Position numbers and translations under genes: made by a program. The notes below the pieces were generated by a model. It saw only the letters and a program-made list of their open reading frames with translations, searched no databases and was not told the DNA's origin. A DNA stretch of 32,000 nucleotides, taken from the NCBI RefSeq assembly GCF_013177435.1, contig NZ_CP053627.1, positions 1,890,001-1,922,000 on the forward strand, read 5' to 3'. Origin of the DNA: Xylella taiwanensis. Its GTDB lineage: Bacteria; Pseudomonadota; Gammaproteobacteria; Xanthomonadales; Xanthomonadaceae. Of this stretch, positions 19,912-29,831 are shown in pieces; positions within the stretch are counted from its first letter, which is position 1; each line of letters begins with the position of its first letter.

Positions 19912-21408
19912 TTATGTCAACGCATACGCCACAGCTCGGAACACACGCCCCATCTCTAACGGTTTTCGCAACATATGGACCGCCAAGTCCTTCGGAAAAT
20001 GCTCACGCCGCAAAGACTGCCCGGCATCCTCCAGTACGATAGCCGGACCCATGTAGCCCAACTCCTGCATCGTCGGCAGCAAACAAACCGCCGAGAGTAA
20101 CAGGATGTCACTGTCGATAATGACCAAATCCGGCTCTGCATGGTGACGCAATAGCTTTAGTGCAGCACCGCCATCGGGAGCTAACTGCGGCTGATAGCCC
20201 TGACTGGCCAACGCATTTCCGAGCAACGAAAGACGAGTCGCCTCCCCATCGACTATCAGGATACGCTGACCCTGACCAAGCACTGCAGGCGCATTTTCCT
20301 CTGACACATTCGAAGCAGGTGCACGTGCCGGCAAGATCAGATCGAAACGTGTACCTACTCCCAACTCACTGTTCACCTGAATCCAGCCACCGTAACTCTC
20401 AGCAATACGCTTGCAAGAAATCAATCCCAAACCGGTACCATCAGACTTGGTAGTGAAGAATGGACTGAACAGACGTGCCCGGGTCTCTTCACTCATGCCA
20501 ATACCGGTGTCAGCCACGCTCATGCAAATACGGTCACCATCATGGCGCTGTGCAACCAAGGTCAAGCTACCACCGGCTGGCATGGCGTGGATGGCATTCA
20601 ATGCCAAATTAAGTAAGCACTGCTGTAACTCGGTGTGATTGGCCTCCACGCTGAGATCTTCCTCACACTCTCCCATGCGCAGAGCAATGCAATCAGGCAC
20701 GCTACTACGCAATAGCAACTGCACTGTCTGGAATAGATCCGCCAACAAAACCCGCTCACGCGGTTTGTTGGAACCTCTGACAAAAGAAAGCATCGATTCG
20801 GCCATCTCGTGACCGCGCCGTCCGCACTCGGCAACGATGCTCACCAACTGGCGCAACTGTGGATCATCGGTCCGCCCAGCCAGCAGATCCGGCACAATGA
20901 GCAACGGTTGCAAAATATTACGCAGGTCGTGACTGAAACCAGCTGCCAACATCGCCAAGCTCTCCAGCCGCTGCGCACGCATCAGTTCCGATTCTACGTG
21001 CTGGCGCTCCAGCTCAGCACGCGACTCACGCACCGCGCGTGTGACCGCACTTGGCAAACGCACCAAATTTTGTTTGATGATGTAATCGTTGGCACCTTCC
21101 TGCAACGCCTCGACTGCAATATCCTCACCCATCTTGCTGGAGACGAAGATAAACGGCGTACTGCCCACCTCACGCACCACGCGCAAGGCTTGATACCCAG
21201 GTAAACCAGGCATGCTCAAGTCGGAAAGCACAATGTCAGGTCTGAAAAGATGCAGCGCCTCACGCAACGCTGACTCGCTGTCCACACGCTCAAAACTCCC
21301 ATCCAAACCTGCCTCAAGCAAGTTGTTGAACAGTCGCTTGGCATCCTCCGGCGAATCCTCGATGAGCAGAATCTTCAACGAACCGAGTTTTTCAACCTGT
21401 TGCGACAT
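19912..21408 (-). CDS. Hybrid sensor histidine kinase/response regulator (REC-HisKA-HATPase-REC), no membrane or obvious sensor domain
   Basis: N-terminal receiver (ILLIEDSPED...DIVLSDLSMPGLPG...IIKQ). H-box FSHDLRNILQPL, N-box LLNLALNAIHAM, G1 DTGIGM and G2 GTGLGL. C-terminal receiver-like domain (ILIVDGE...LVIIDSD). ATG at 21408. Confidence 0.9.
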   Translation of the reverse strand: MSQQVEKLGSLKILLIEDSPEDAKRLFNNLLEAGLDGSFERVDSESALREALHLFRPDIVLSDLSMPGLPGYQALRVVREVGSTPFIFVSSKMGEDIAVEALQEGANDYIIKQNLVRLPSAVTRAVRESRAELERQHVESELMRAQRLESLAMLAAGFSHDLRNILQPLLIVPDLLAGRTDDPQLRQLVSIVAECGRRGHEMAESMLSFVRGSNKPRERVLLADLFQTVQLLLRSSVPDCIALRMGECEEDLSVEANHTELQQCLLNLALNAIHAMPAGGSLTLVAQRHDGDRICMSVADTGIGMSEETRARLFSPFFTTKSDGTGLGLISCKRIAESYGGWIQVNSELGVGTRFDLILPARAPASNVSEENAPAVLGQGQRILIVDGEATRLSLLGNALASQGYQPQLAPDGGAALKLLRHHAEPDLVIIDSDILLLSAVCLLPTMQELGYMGPAIVLEDAGQSLRREHFPKDLAVHMLRKPLEMGRVFRAVAYALT

Positions 21409-23708
21409 GGATTATTCCCAAGTAGTGTCCGGACGCATGGCCAACAAACACAGGATATATGCCAAATATCTCGACAGCATTTAGGAACCAATCCGCATAC
21501 CAGTAAGCGCTCAAGGTCCAACAGCACGCCAAGTTGCTCTTAGCATGCATAGGAGAAGATCACTCATCCCACTTCACGACCTTTCCGGAGTTAGACACCG
21601 TTTGCAGCTGCAGCGGCAATATCCCATCGACTGCAAACATAACGATCACAAGCAGAAACAGGTATAAACCGTTTTAATACATCGTCTTCAATCATCATTC
21701 GGATTGGATTTCGCGTTTCCACGTGCCTAAAAAGTTCGCCGCCTTCTGGCATCCATCGCACAATAAAGCGTATCTATCTATACAAAACTGTGACATCACT
21801 GAATTGAGTGCATCATACGTTGAGTCAACGTGAAAATGGCGCAAAGATCCAATTCAACCGAGTGTCCTCCACACGAGCAGTACATGAACACAGGAGTCCA
21901 TGAAACCTAATAATCGTCATTGCACATGACTTTTCATACAGCTATCAGCACTCCCATGACCATCCCACACGGTACACGCATAAACAGGGGTCAGTATGCA
22001 GCACGCTCTATCCCCAACACACCTTGATCACCAATAACTAACGGCATACCCAGCAGATACATCTGTTCATAAAAATGCCAAATGCCATCCTCAGCACACA
22101 CCAATACTTGGCGTGACTTCACTGCGTTACACACTTCCAGGACTGTTACAAACACTACAAGACTGTAGCGAATCTTCTAATGCAAAGAATTTAAATCGAT
22201 AAAATAAAACAACACCGAAATATCCCCCAGGTTGGATCAACCTACACTCTGATGCTCACTGGATGACAACCGGTCACAGATATGCGATCTGTTTGTCCAT
22301 CTATCGATCAATCTACTTAATCACTGGCCTCGTCGCATTACATGAATTTACTGCATAAAGACAGAGAGCACATATTTCATGGTGACAGGACAGCAGCGCC
22401 TCTCAACCAACGACTAGGCCATCACTTCAAGCGCAAAACCAACTAAGGAATAGAGAACACACCACCGTCATTCAGCACTTATGACACATCTAACACACAC
22501 AGCCTTTCCTCTCAATCGTACCGTCAAACATCACATAGCCCCCCTGACTCTACACGTTGGCCCAGTAGTCGTATTGGCCTCATCAAGTATCCCCTCATTA
22601 CTCAAGTGACCAGAATTCAACAATATTTAGCAGGCACACGGCTATATACACAACTCCAACAGCAACTCAGTAGCGCCTAGATTCATCGCAACTAAGAGAT
22701 GTTGCCTGCAATGCAATCACAGCTGCAAGCAACCCATCACACAACATTGACACACTCTACTAAACGAGGCCCTCATGCTGTTGCGCGGCTCGCTCGGTAG
22801 ACCGTGGTGACCACATACCATTCCCAATGGTCCATTAGGCGGGCCCCTTTGGCACAGCAATAGCACAGTCGAAACGGTTGACACAGTTCTCGACCGACCG
22901 ACTGCAAACCACACCAGAAACGCTTCTTCCTCTAAAAAATATAGACGACACACAATCGCTGGCCAAACACATTGCAATACACCCAATAAGCGCAGCTCGG
23001 CCATACATCAACAACATGATCACCCAGATTCTGTTGACATTCGCAAGCATTGACGTACTGCGTGTTGCACGAACAACTCAAATCAAGATCGTCGTTACCC
23101 TGCTGAATAAAGGCGGTATGCTTCGCAAAGCAGGCAATCTGTGGTCCAACAACAGTCAGCGGTCGCGGGTTTCCCACAAGCATCCGTGGTGAGATGTGCC
23201 ACAAGAATCAAGTCACTGGCACGCCGTGTGCATACACGTTTCCCGATAACAGCAACATGATGTTTAGGAGGATGTCGCGCTCGGGATAACAAGCCAGAAG
23301 CAAGTCCAAGACATCCCAATCGACCCAACGATCATACGTACACACCAGCATACCGAGGCCTCAAAAATAACCGTCCACGTCAGGGCTCAGACAGTTTAAG
23401 TCCCAGGCTGCCTCTGGTAGTAGACACTTTATGAATGCCGATACGCTTGACCGTTACCGCAGGACAGGGTTGACACAACAGGCATACAAATGCAATCACG
23501 ATCGAGCCCTTATTCAACCGTATCAAACATTTCCGTTGAGTCCCCACACATGATGCAAAACTCGCCAGCAGTCATCCATCTTGTGTTACCTCATCTACCT
23601 GTGCATTTGGACCATGCGTAAAAATGTGAACCAGACGCAGAAGACTGAACGAAATGATCGCACATATCAGCATGCACCAAGGCTCCATGCCACGCCAACG
23701 CTCAAAGA

Positions 23709-24122
23709 TCACACCGTGGTAGACGAAGCTACAACAGATGCACCCAGCCGTGCACCTAAAAACACCAGCAACAAACCAAACAGTAGAGTGATGCACAAAT
23801 AAAGACCGACCATCAGCGAGCGGTCGGAACGGACAAACACTAAACACTCCATCATCAGAGACGAGAACGTTGTTAGCCCACCAATCAGGCCAACGATCAG
23901 CAACATCCGCCAGGGCCAACTCGCCGATCCCCGTGCATCCAACCATATCAGCAGGAAGCCTGCGACGAACGAACCAATCAGGTTCACTGCTAGAGTTCCC
24001 CAAGGGAATCCAGCACCAAAGCGCTGTAGTAAAGAGCTACCAATAACAAAACGCAGCCCGGCACCGAACGCACCACCCACCATCGCAAGCAACAGCGACT
24101 GCCACCACACAACAGTATTCAT
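23709..24122 (-). CDS. crcB: Fluoride ion channel CrcB/Fluc
   Basis: [36 protein letters not shown] and [11 protein letters not shown]. The start is taken at ATG 24122 (137 aa). The track ORF from 24236 adds a Cys-rich, non-homologous-looking extension. Confidence 0.88.
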   Translation of the reverse strand: MNTVVWWQSLLLAMVGGAFGAGLRFVIGSSLLQRFGAGFPWGTLAVNLIGSFVAGFLLIWLDARGSASWPWRMLLIVGLIGGLTTFSSLMMECLVFVRSDRSLMVGLYLCITLLFGLLLVFLGARLGASVVASSTTV

Positions 24123-24283
24123 GCCGCACCTCGCACGCCTGCCGCAACAATGCGGAGGAAGATGATGGCAATTTCCAGCATCACATTCTCCAATTGGACA
24201 TAATCCCGGGGAAAGGACAGGAAGAAACAAACACAATCAGCACGCAACCTAGCCACAAACGGTTTGAGGAGGGATGCCATCTT

Positions 24284-25651
24284 CTAGGCACGCGGCGGCT
24301 GTAGCTTATCCGCTTGAGCCTGGGCACGCGCTGCACGCAGCCTGTCTAACTTCTCCTTAAGCTTGATCTCCAGACCGCGGGGTACCGGTTGGTAGTAAAC
24401 CCGCTCTCCCAGAGCATCGGGGAAACAGGTCTGGTCCAACGCAACACCGCTCTCAGCATCATGATCATACTGATACTCGATACCGTACCCGAGACTTTTC
24501 ATTAGTCCGGTTGGTGCGTTGCGCAGATGTAGTGGAACATCCTGGGTCCCCGTCTGACGAACCTCTGCTTTGGCCACATTGAACGCAACATAGCCAGCAT
24601 TAGATTTTGCAGTGCTTGCCAAGTAAAGCACCAATTGCGCGAACGCCAGCTCGCCCTCCGGGCTACCCAACCGCTCATAGATCTCCCAAGCTTCCAAAGC
24701 CATCGACTGTGCACGCGGATCAGCCAAACCGATATCCTCGATCGCCATGCGAGTCAATCGCCGCGCCAAGTAGATAGGATCACAACCACCATCCAGCATA
24801 CGCATCAACCAATACAACGCCGCATCCGGGTTGGAATTGCGCACGCTCTTGTGCAACGCGGAAATCTGGTCATAAAACTGGTCCCCCCGTTTGTCGAAGC
24901 GCCGGGTACGGTCGGCAAGCACCTGCGAAAGCACGTCAGCGGTCATCTGCCCATCCTCGTCCTGGACAAGCTCAACAGCAATCTCCAACAAGGTGAGAGC
25001 ACGACGCACGTCGCCATCGGCAGCCTTGGCAATCTCCAACAGAGAAGCTTCTGAAACTTCGATCCGCTGCCCACCCAAACCTCGCTCCGTATCCTGCAGC
25101 GCCCGCTGCAATGCCTCGACGATATCCTGTGACGACACTGCTTCCAACACGTGTACGCGGCAACGTGACAGTAACGCCGAGTTCAATTCGAACGATGGAT
25201 TCTCTGTAGTGGCGCCAACGAAAATAATGGTGCCACGCTCGATATACGGCAGGAACGCATCCTGCTGCATCTTGTTAAAACGATGCACCTCGTCCACGAA
25301 CAAGACGGTGCGACGTCCTTCGGAAAAACGCTGGGTAGCCTCAGCCAACATCTGACGCACCTCCAGCAATCCCGAAAGAACGGCCGAGACTGCATGAAAT
25401 TCTGCATCAATGTACTGCGCTAACAGCAGTGACAACGTCGTCTTGCCGCACCCCGGCGGTCCCCACAGAATCATGGAATACACATGTCCAGAAGCCAGTG
25501 CTCGATACAACGCACGATCCGGAGCAAGCAAACGCTTCTGTCCTACCATCTCATTCAGAGTACGAGGACGCATACGCTCGGCCAGTGGCTGCAAGAGATG
25601 AGCCACACTGAGCAGATCAGCCTGAAGAGTCGTGGAGCGATGTCGTGTCAC
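24284..25651 (-). CDS. rarA: Replication-associated recombination protein A (MgsA/RarA AAA+ ATPase)
   Basis: PLAERMRPRTLNEMVGQ, Walker A GPPGCGKTT, Walker B VLFVDEVHRFNK, ATTENPSFELN, and C-terminal YDQISALHKSVRNSNPDAALYWL. GTG start at 25651. Confidence 0.93.
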   Translation of the reverse strand: MTRHRSTTLQADLLSVAHLLQPLAERMRPRTLNEMVGQKRLLAPDRALYRALASGHVYSMILWGPPGCGKTTLSLLLAQYIDAEFHAVSAVLSGLLEVRQMLAEATQRFSEGRRTVLFVDEVHRFNKMQQDAFLPYIERGTIIFVGATTENPSFELNSALLSRCRVHVLEAVSSQDIVEALQRALQDTERGLGGQRIEVSEASLLEIAKAADGDVRRALTLLEIAVELVQDEDGQMTADVLSQVLADRTRRFDKRGDQFYDQISALHKSVRNSNPDAALYWLMRMLDGGCDPIYLARRLTRMAIEDIGLADPRAQSMALEAWEIYERLGSPEGELAFAQLVLYLASTAKSNAGYVAFNVAKAEVRQTGTQDVPLHLRNAPTGLMKSLGYGIEYQYDHDAESGVALDQTCFPDALGERVYYQPVPRGLEIKLKEKLDRLRAARAQAQADKLQPPRA

Positions 25652-25770
25652 TCCTCATTGTATCGTGAGCAAGACGAAGGTCGGCACGTACAGGCGAATA
25701 TCAAAACGGCTGCCAACGGACCTTGCTCTCAGTCAACCTTTCCCTCTTGAGAATCCAGCAAATAGGCATC

Positions 25771-25833
25771 CGATCACCGATCACCGATCACCGATCACCG
25801 ATCACCGATCACCGATCACCGATCACCGATCAC
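25771..25833. repeat. Perfect heptanucleotide tandem array (CGATCAC)x9, i.e. nine tandem GATC sites
   Basis: I counted 9 uninterrupted units from 25771 to 25833 (63 nt). The array overlaps the last 18 nt of lolA and lies 119 nt upstream of the rarA start. Confidence 0.97.
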
Positions 25834-26451
25834 ATCAACATTCTTACCTGGTGTGAAACGAAACGTGTCAACAGCCAGCACAGGATTACGCTGCCAGCCA
25901 CTGAACGCAATGACGGTACGCTGCCCAAGGGTGTCGACAACTTCCATTCTCACCAACTCGGCCTGAGTAAAACCAAACGAAGCACTCTGGAAGCTGGCCT
26001 CGGTACCCGCTCGTGGGGTCAACGACAACCATCGCAAGCCATCGCGCAAGGTAACCTCCTCGCTCACATCGTACTTGCGATCTAGTTGAGTCGGATCGAT
26101 TAATGCGATCAGCGGGCTATTGCGCTCCTCATCCCCCTGAAAACGCACACTGGCCTGGTTCAGATCGGGATCGAATAGCCAAACACGCTTACCATCAGCC
26201 ACGACCAGTTGTTTGTAGGGCGTATTACATTCCCAACGGAGCAAATTGGGTAACGACAAAGCAACGGTACCGATGGAGTGCTCCTTGACTTTGCCCTGAG
26301 TATCAATGACTTCCTGAGAGAAGTGGCCCTGCAAGGTCTTCAATCCACGAGTAAAGGCGCTCAAATCACCACGGGCCCCCGCACACACAGGACCTGAAAC
26401 CAACGCGACAGCAAAAACAACATAACGGAAATGAGAAAACATCGGCATCAT
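25816..26451 (-). CDS. lolA: Outer-membrane lipoprotein carrier protein LolA
   Basis: Signal peptide MMPMFSHFRYVVFAVALVSGPVCAGA followed by a LolA-sized mature part (about 211 aa in total). It sits in the conserved ftsK-lolA-rarA neighbourhood. The start is taken at ATG 26451/26448 instead of the track start 26634. Confidence 0.85.
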   Translation of the reverse strand: MMPMFSHFRYVVFAVALVSGPVCAGARGDLSAFTRGLKTLQGHFSQEVIDTQGKVKEHSIGTVALSLPNLLRWECNTPYKQLVVADGKRVWLFDPDLNQASVRFQGDEERNSPLIALIDPTQLDRKYDVSEEVTLRDGLRWLSLTPRAGTEASFQSASFGFTQAELVRMEVVDTLGQRTVIAFSGWQRNPVLAVDTFRFTPGKNVDVIGDR

Positions 26452-27763
26452 CCAGGAATGGAAAGCTTGGATTGTGACGGCTCCTGGATAAATTAGGCGA
26501 ATACTCATGTTGCGGCTCGCTCCACTCCATGTACCCTTTGCAACGCTCGGTTCCACCAACCGCCGCCCTGAGCCTGAAACAACGTAGTAGCATCGGGCAA
26601 GCACACGACCTGTGCCACGCATACCTGCTGCCAAATCAGTTCGCTGGCTGTGAGCGTCCCCTGATCCACATCGCCCAGCGCCAGCAACGGCGAGGGCTTA
26701 CGAGCAGATTCGATGCCTGTAAACGTATCGGCAACGCTCCGTAACATAACCAAAACTCCGCAGTACCGTGTCGTAACCTGACGGTACGGGGCCTCTGCAG
26801 CGTGCTGCCGAGGTTTCAACGGAAAAGTGCTGCAGTGCGGCTGGAGACCAGACTCCAGAAACCACTCCCGTGCCACCACAGTCCACAGCACTATCAAACA
26901 AGGTACTCATGGCGATGTTCGGCAAGCGTGCCACTTCTACAACAGCGACTGCAACACCGGCCACAGTAGTTCAACATCAGCGATACGCACATCCGGCCAC
27001 TGTGCGAGCAGCAGCACCGAAAAACTCAACAACAGTGCCCGCGACAAACGCAGCACCTCCCCAATAACCCGTCACTCAGCCAGTAGCAGCGGCGCATGTC
27101 CAATCAATACCACAACAATCAGACTTTGTTCTCGAATCAATTAACAGCGCCGTGCCAGCAGCTCCTGATGGTTTTTCTCACACTGGGTAAGCTGCACCGC
27201 CACTTCGGTCAGTAGAACATCCCACAACATTTGGTACTGACACCACGTATCCAACAATGGTTGCTATAAAGCGACAATCCGCCCGGTGACATCCATCTGT
27301 ACATGCAGTGCGGCTTAAGTCACCACTGCATCAACCAACTTGGTGTGGCCAGGATCAGCCGTACCACCTCGCCTTGGAAGCGCTGCGTGTCGATCCATAC
27401 CAACAACATGTTGACCTGGCATTGATTGCCTCACCAGAGAACCACAACACCGTTCGCATTCATTTGTAATGCTGTACAAGGTGGCATACAACGCCGCACC
27501 ACTCGCAACAACGTCAGTAAGAAGGGAGGAATCATGGAGTAACCGTCGTATACGCTCGGCTATACAGTGCATCACATCAGCGACGCACGCTTCTTAAGCC
27601 AGGATTGCAAACGCAAGAACGATGACGATGACGAAGGCGAAACTGGATAACCGATTGGGCGTTGTTTAAACGCTCCACAGATACTGAAATAAACATTGAT
27701 ATCGCCCCTCCTCACATCACCAAGATGCAGATGCGTAGCCAATCCAAACCCTGAAATCAAGCT

Positions 27764-29674
27764 TCAATGCGCTGCGGTCTGTACCCGCCGCAAATCACCA
27801 TATAGGACCTGCTCACGGAAACCACGGCGTACCTGCTGGTAAAGCTGGCGAAACGCCTGATAGTCCCCCGGTAAACAGAGCTTCTCAGGACCATGCAACG
27901 CCACATGGCGCAACCGGTGCATCGCCGTGATAGTCTGCCCGTCACGATGCCATTCCACGTTGTACTCCCCGGCACGATTGCGAAAACGGTGGCTCCCAGG
28001 GATCGCAATGATCGGTACGTCCGCCGGAAAACGCAGTACATAAGTCTCCTCATGCAAACTTTCATTGCAATAAAACGGCGTCAGATTGGTCTCAGCTGGC
28101 GTGTTGGTATAGATATTACGCATCGAGTCAGCACCCGGCATGTACGGCAGCGCCAAACCTCCGGCCATCGAAAAATCAATATAATCCCGCGCCCAAAAGC
28201 GATAGCGGTAACTGAATGGGGACTGCAGATCCTGTGACATACCCAGTAACTCCAGCATGCCATCGCCATCAAAACCAGACTGAGCCAGGATGTTCTCCTC
28301 AATGCGTCGCCGATTCTGTGCATTGAGCTCGACAAACATCGCGCGGGTAGCAATTTCTCCATCCGGACCCAGATCCAGCATCGTCTCTCCATTCAAACTG
28401 CCATCCTGCGCAAAACGGTATTCAGTGCGCACCACGTAGGTATTAGCCCACACATCATGGGGAGGTGTGCGAGTCACATGGCCGTCGGCGGTATGCACTA
28501 CCGGTACCCCAAGGTCACTCGCCGGCAACTGACCGAAGCGCGCGTAAGGATTTGTCGAGTCGAGGTAGAGCTTAAATTCCGGTACATAGGTGATGGCATG
28601 GTTGAAACGACCGAGTACCGCAATCGGTGGCAGTGTCGGTCCGCCATCGGCACCGATCAGCACAGGTGTACTTTGGATACCTTTAGCTGCGAGCAGTGCC
28701 TCAAGAATGACTGCATGATCCTTGCAATCACCGTAATGCTGCTCGAGGATGACATTAGCCCTATTTGGCTCTAAACCGCCGTTACCAAGGTAAACCGCAA
28801 CGTAACGGATGTTACGCGCTACCCAGTTGTACAGTGCAGCTGCCTGTGCGCGGCGCTCGGGAATGCCGGCAGTAATCTGATCAGCCAAAGCACGCACCCG
28901 CGGCGTGACCGCAGCCGCTTTACCTGCTTTGACATCGTAAGCATGGCCCAACTGCGACCAATCCTTGAAGGTGCTCACCATGACCGTCGGGCTGAATTCC
29001 CACAGGGCGGCACTCCAAGTCTGACTCTGCAACGGAACATTACGCCGGTAACGCCACTCCCACCGAGCTTGGTCACCCTGAAGACGCGGGCGGGTGGACC
29101 CATGCACACCCCGCACCCAGACGTGCATCGGCAACTTGCGCGGCGCACGTAACGTCACCACTGCATCGTCATACCGCGTAAACACACTGAAGGTTTCCCA
29201 AAATCCGAAATAATCTGGAAAGTACGGCGTCAGTTGGGTCCGCCGGACGCGATACACCACGTGCGCACCCGGCGCCAAATTGGGGAATACCACGACTTTG
29301 ACTTTATAGTCGGCGTACATTGCCGCAGAGGCACTGGAATAGCTCTCCTGGGTGTAGATCTTTGCCGCAGCCACATCCTGGCGGATGCCCGCCGCAGTGA
29401 TCGTATATGCTTCCAAGATCTCTAACTTCTGCATCTTCTCACTGTAGCCGAGGCGCACTTGGCTAAATTGCTCGACCGCAGCTTGGGTGTTGAGCCGGAT
29501 ATCGTAGTCGTTGGTCTCCACGCTGCCCGCATCGGCCCGCACTTCGTAATCGGCACGGTAACGCAGGTAGCTAAAGTTACCGTCAGTTTGAGCAGCAGGG
29601 GGTACGTTCCTCGCATAAGCAACCGTCACAGTGCACATGAGACTCAGCAGAAAAACAAACAACAGACGCATCAT
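27764..29674 (-). CDS. Secreted DUF3857 / transglutaminase-like domain protein
   Basis: Signal peptide MMRLLFVFLLSLMCTVTVAYA and transglutaminase-core Cys motif HYGDCKDHAVILEALLAAKGI. The start is taken at ATG 29674; the track start 29683 is TTG. Confidence 0.85.
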   Translation of the reverse strand: MMRLLFVFLLSLMCTVTVAYARNVPPAAQTDGNFSYLRYRADYEVRADAGSVETNDYDIRLNTQAAVEQFSQVRLGYSEKMQKLEILEAYTITAAGIRQDVAAAKIYTQESYSSASAAMYADYKVKVVVFPNLAPGAHVVYRVRRTQLTPYFPDYFGFWETFSVFTRYDDAVVTLRAPRKLPMHVWVRGVHGSTRPRLQGDQARWEWRYRRNVPLQSQTWSAALWEFSPTVMVSTFKDWSQLGHAYDVKAGKAAAVTPRVRALADQITAGIPERRAQAAALYNWVARNIRYVAVYLGNGGLEPNRANVILEQHYGDCKDHAVILEALLAAKGIQSTPVLIGADGGPTLPPIAVLGRFNHAITYVPEFKLYLDSTNPYARFGQLPASDLGVPVVHTADGHVTRTPPHDVWANTYVVRTEYRFAQDGSLNGETMLDLGPDGEIATRAMFVELNAQNRRRIEENILAQSGFDGDGMLELLGMSQDLQSPFSYRYRFWARDYIDFSMAGGLALPYMPGADSMRNIYTNTPAETNLTPFYCNESLHEETYVLRFPADVPIIAIPGSHRFRNRAGEYNVEWHRDGQTITAMHRLRHVALHGPEKLCLPGDYQAFRQLYQQVRRGFREQVLYGDLRRVQTAAH

Positions 29675-29831
29675 GATTGGCAATCCGATTCAAGCAGTAG
29701 GGACGGTGCTGCCACTCAGATGAGATCAGCACCCACTGAAAGATCCTCATGAACAAATCCCACAAGGGTGCCATAAACACCTGATTTAATGGAAACCCAG
29801 GTGAGAATTAAATAACTTGTTATGAGACCCC

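Noticed and set aside
22717-23328. Cys/Val/Gly-rich ORFs in the right part of the desert (22717..23004-, 22932..23204-, 23095..23328-, 22878..23192+)
   Set aside because: They overlap each other on both strands and their composition mirrors the G+T-rich minus strand. Manual translation shows stops at roughly random density and no motif I can place.
10596-25833. Possibility that the two tandem arrays are CRISPR arrays
   Set aside because: The units are 6 and 7 nt and directly abutting, with no spacers. There are no cas genes in the window.
25632-26085. + strand ORFs with PITDHRS repeats (25632..25856 and 25723..26085)
   Set aside because: They are by-products of the heptamer array being stop-free on the + strand, and they lie antisense to lolA.
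26452-26634. Long N-terminal extensions suggested by the track for lolA (to 26634), crcB (to 24236), nagB-II (to 13175), the deacetylase (from 5771) and accD (to 9117)
   Set aside because: The extensions lack homology-like sequence. Internal ATGs give canonical N-termini (a signal peptide for LolA, MSWLSK for AccD) and, in three cases, ATGA-type overlaps with the upstream gene.
27315-27760. Apparent two-gene cassette of small ORFs (27572..27760 and 27315..27575) that might be a toxin-antitoxin pair
   Set aside because: The first starts with TTG and is low-complexity (a run of Ser). The overlap is a TGATG that involves a GTG/ATG ambiguity. Neither protein shows any TA-family motif I recognise.
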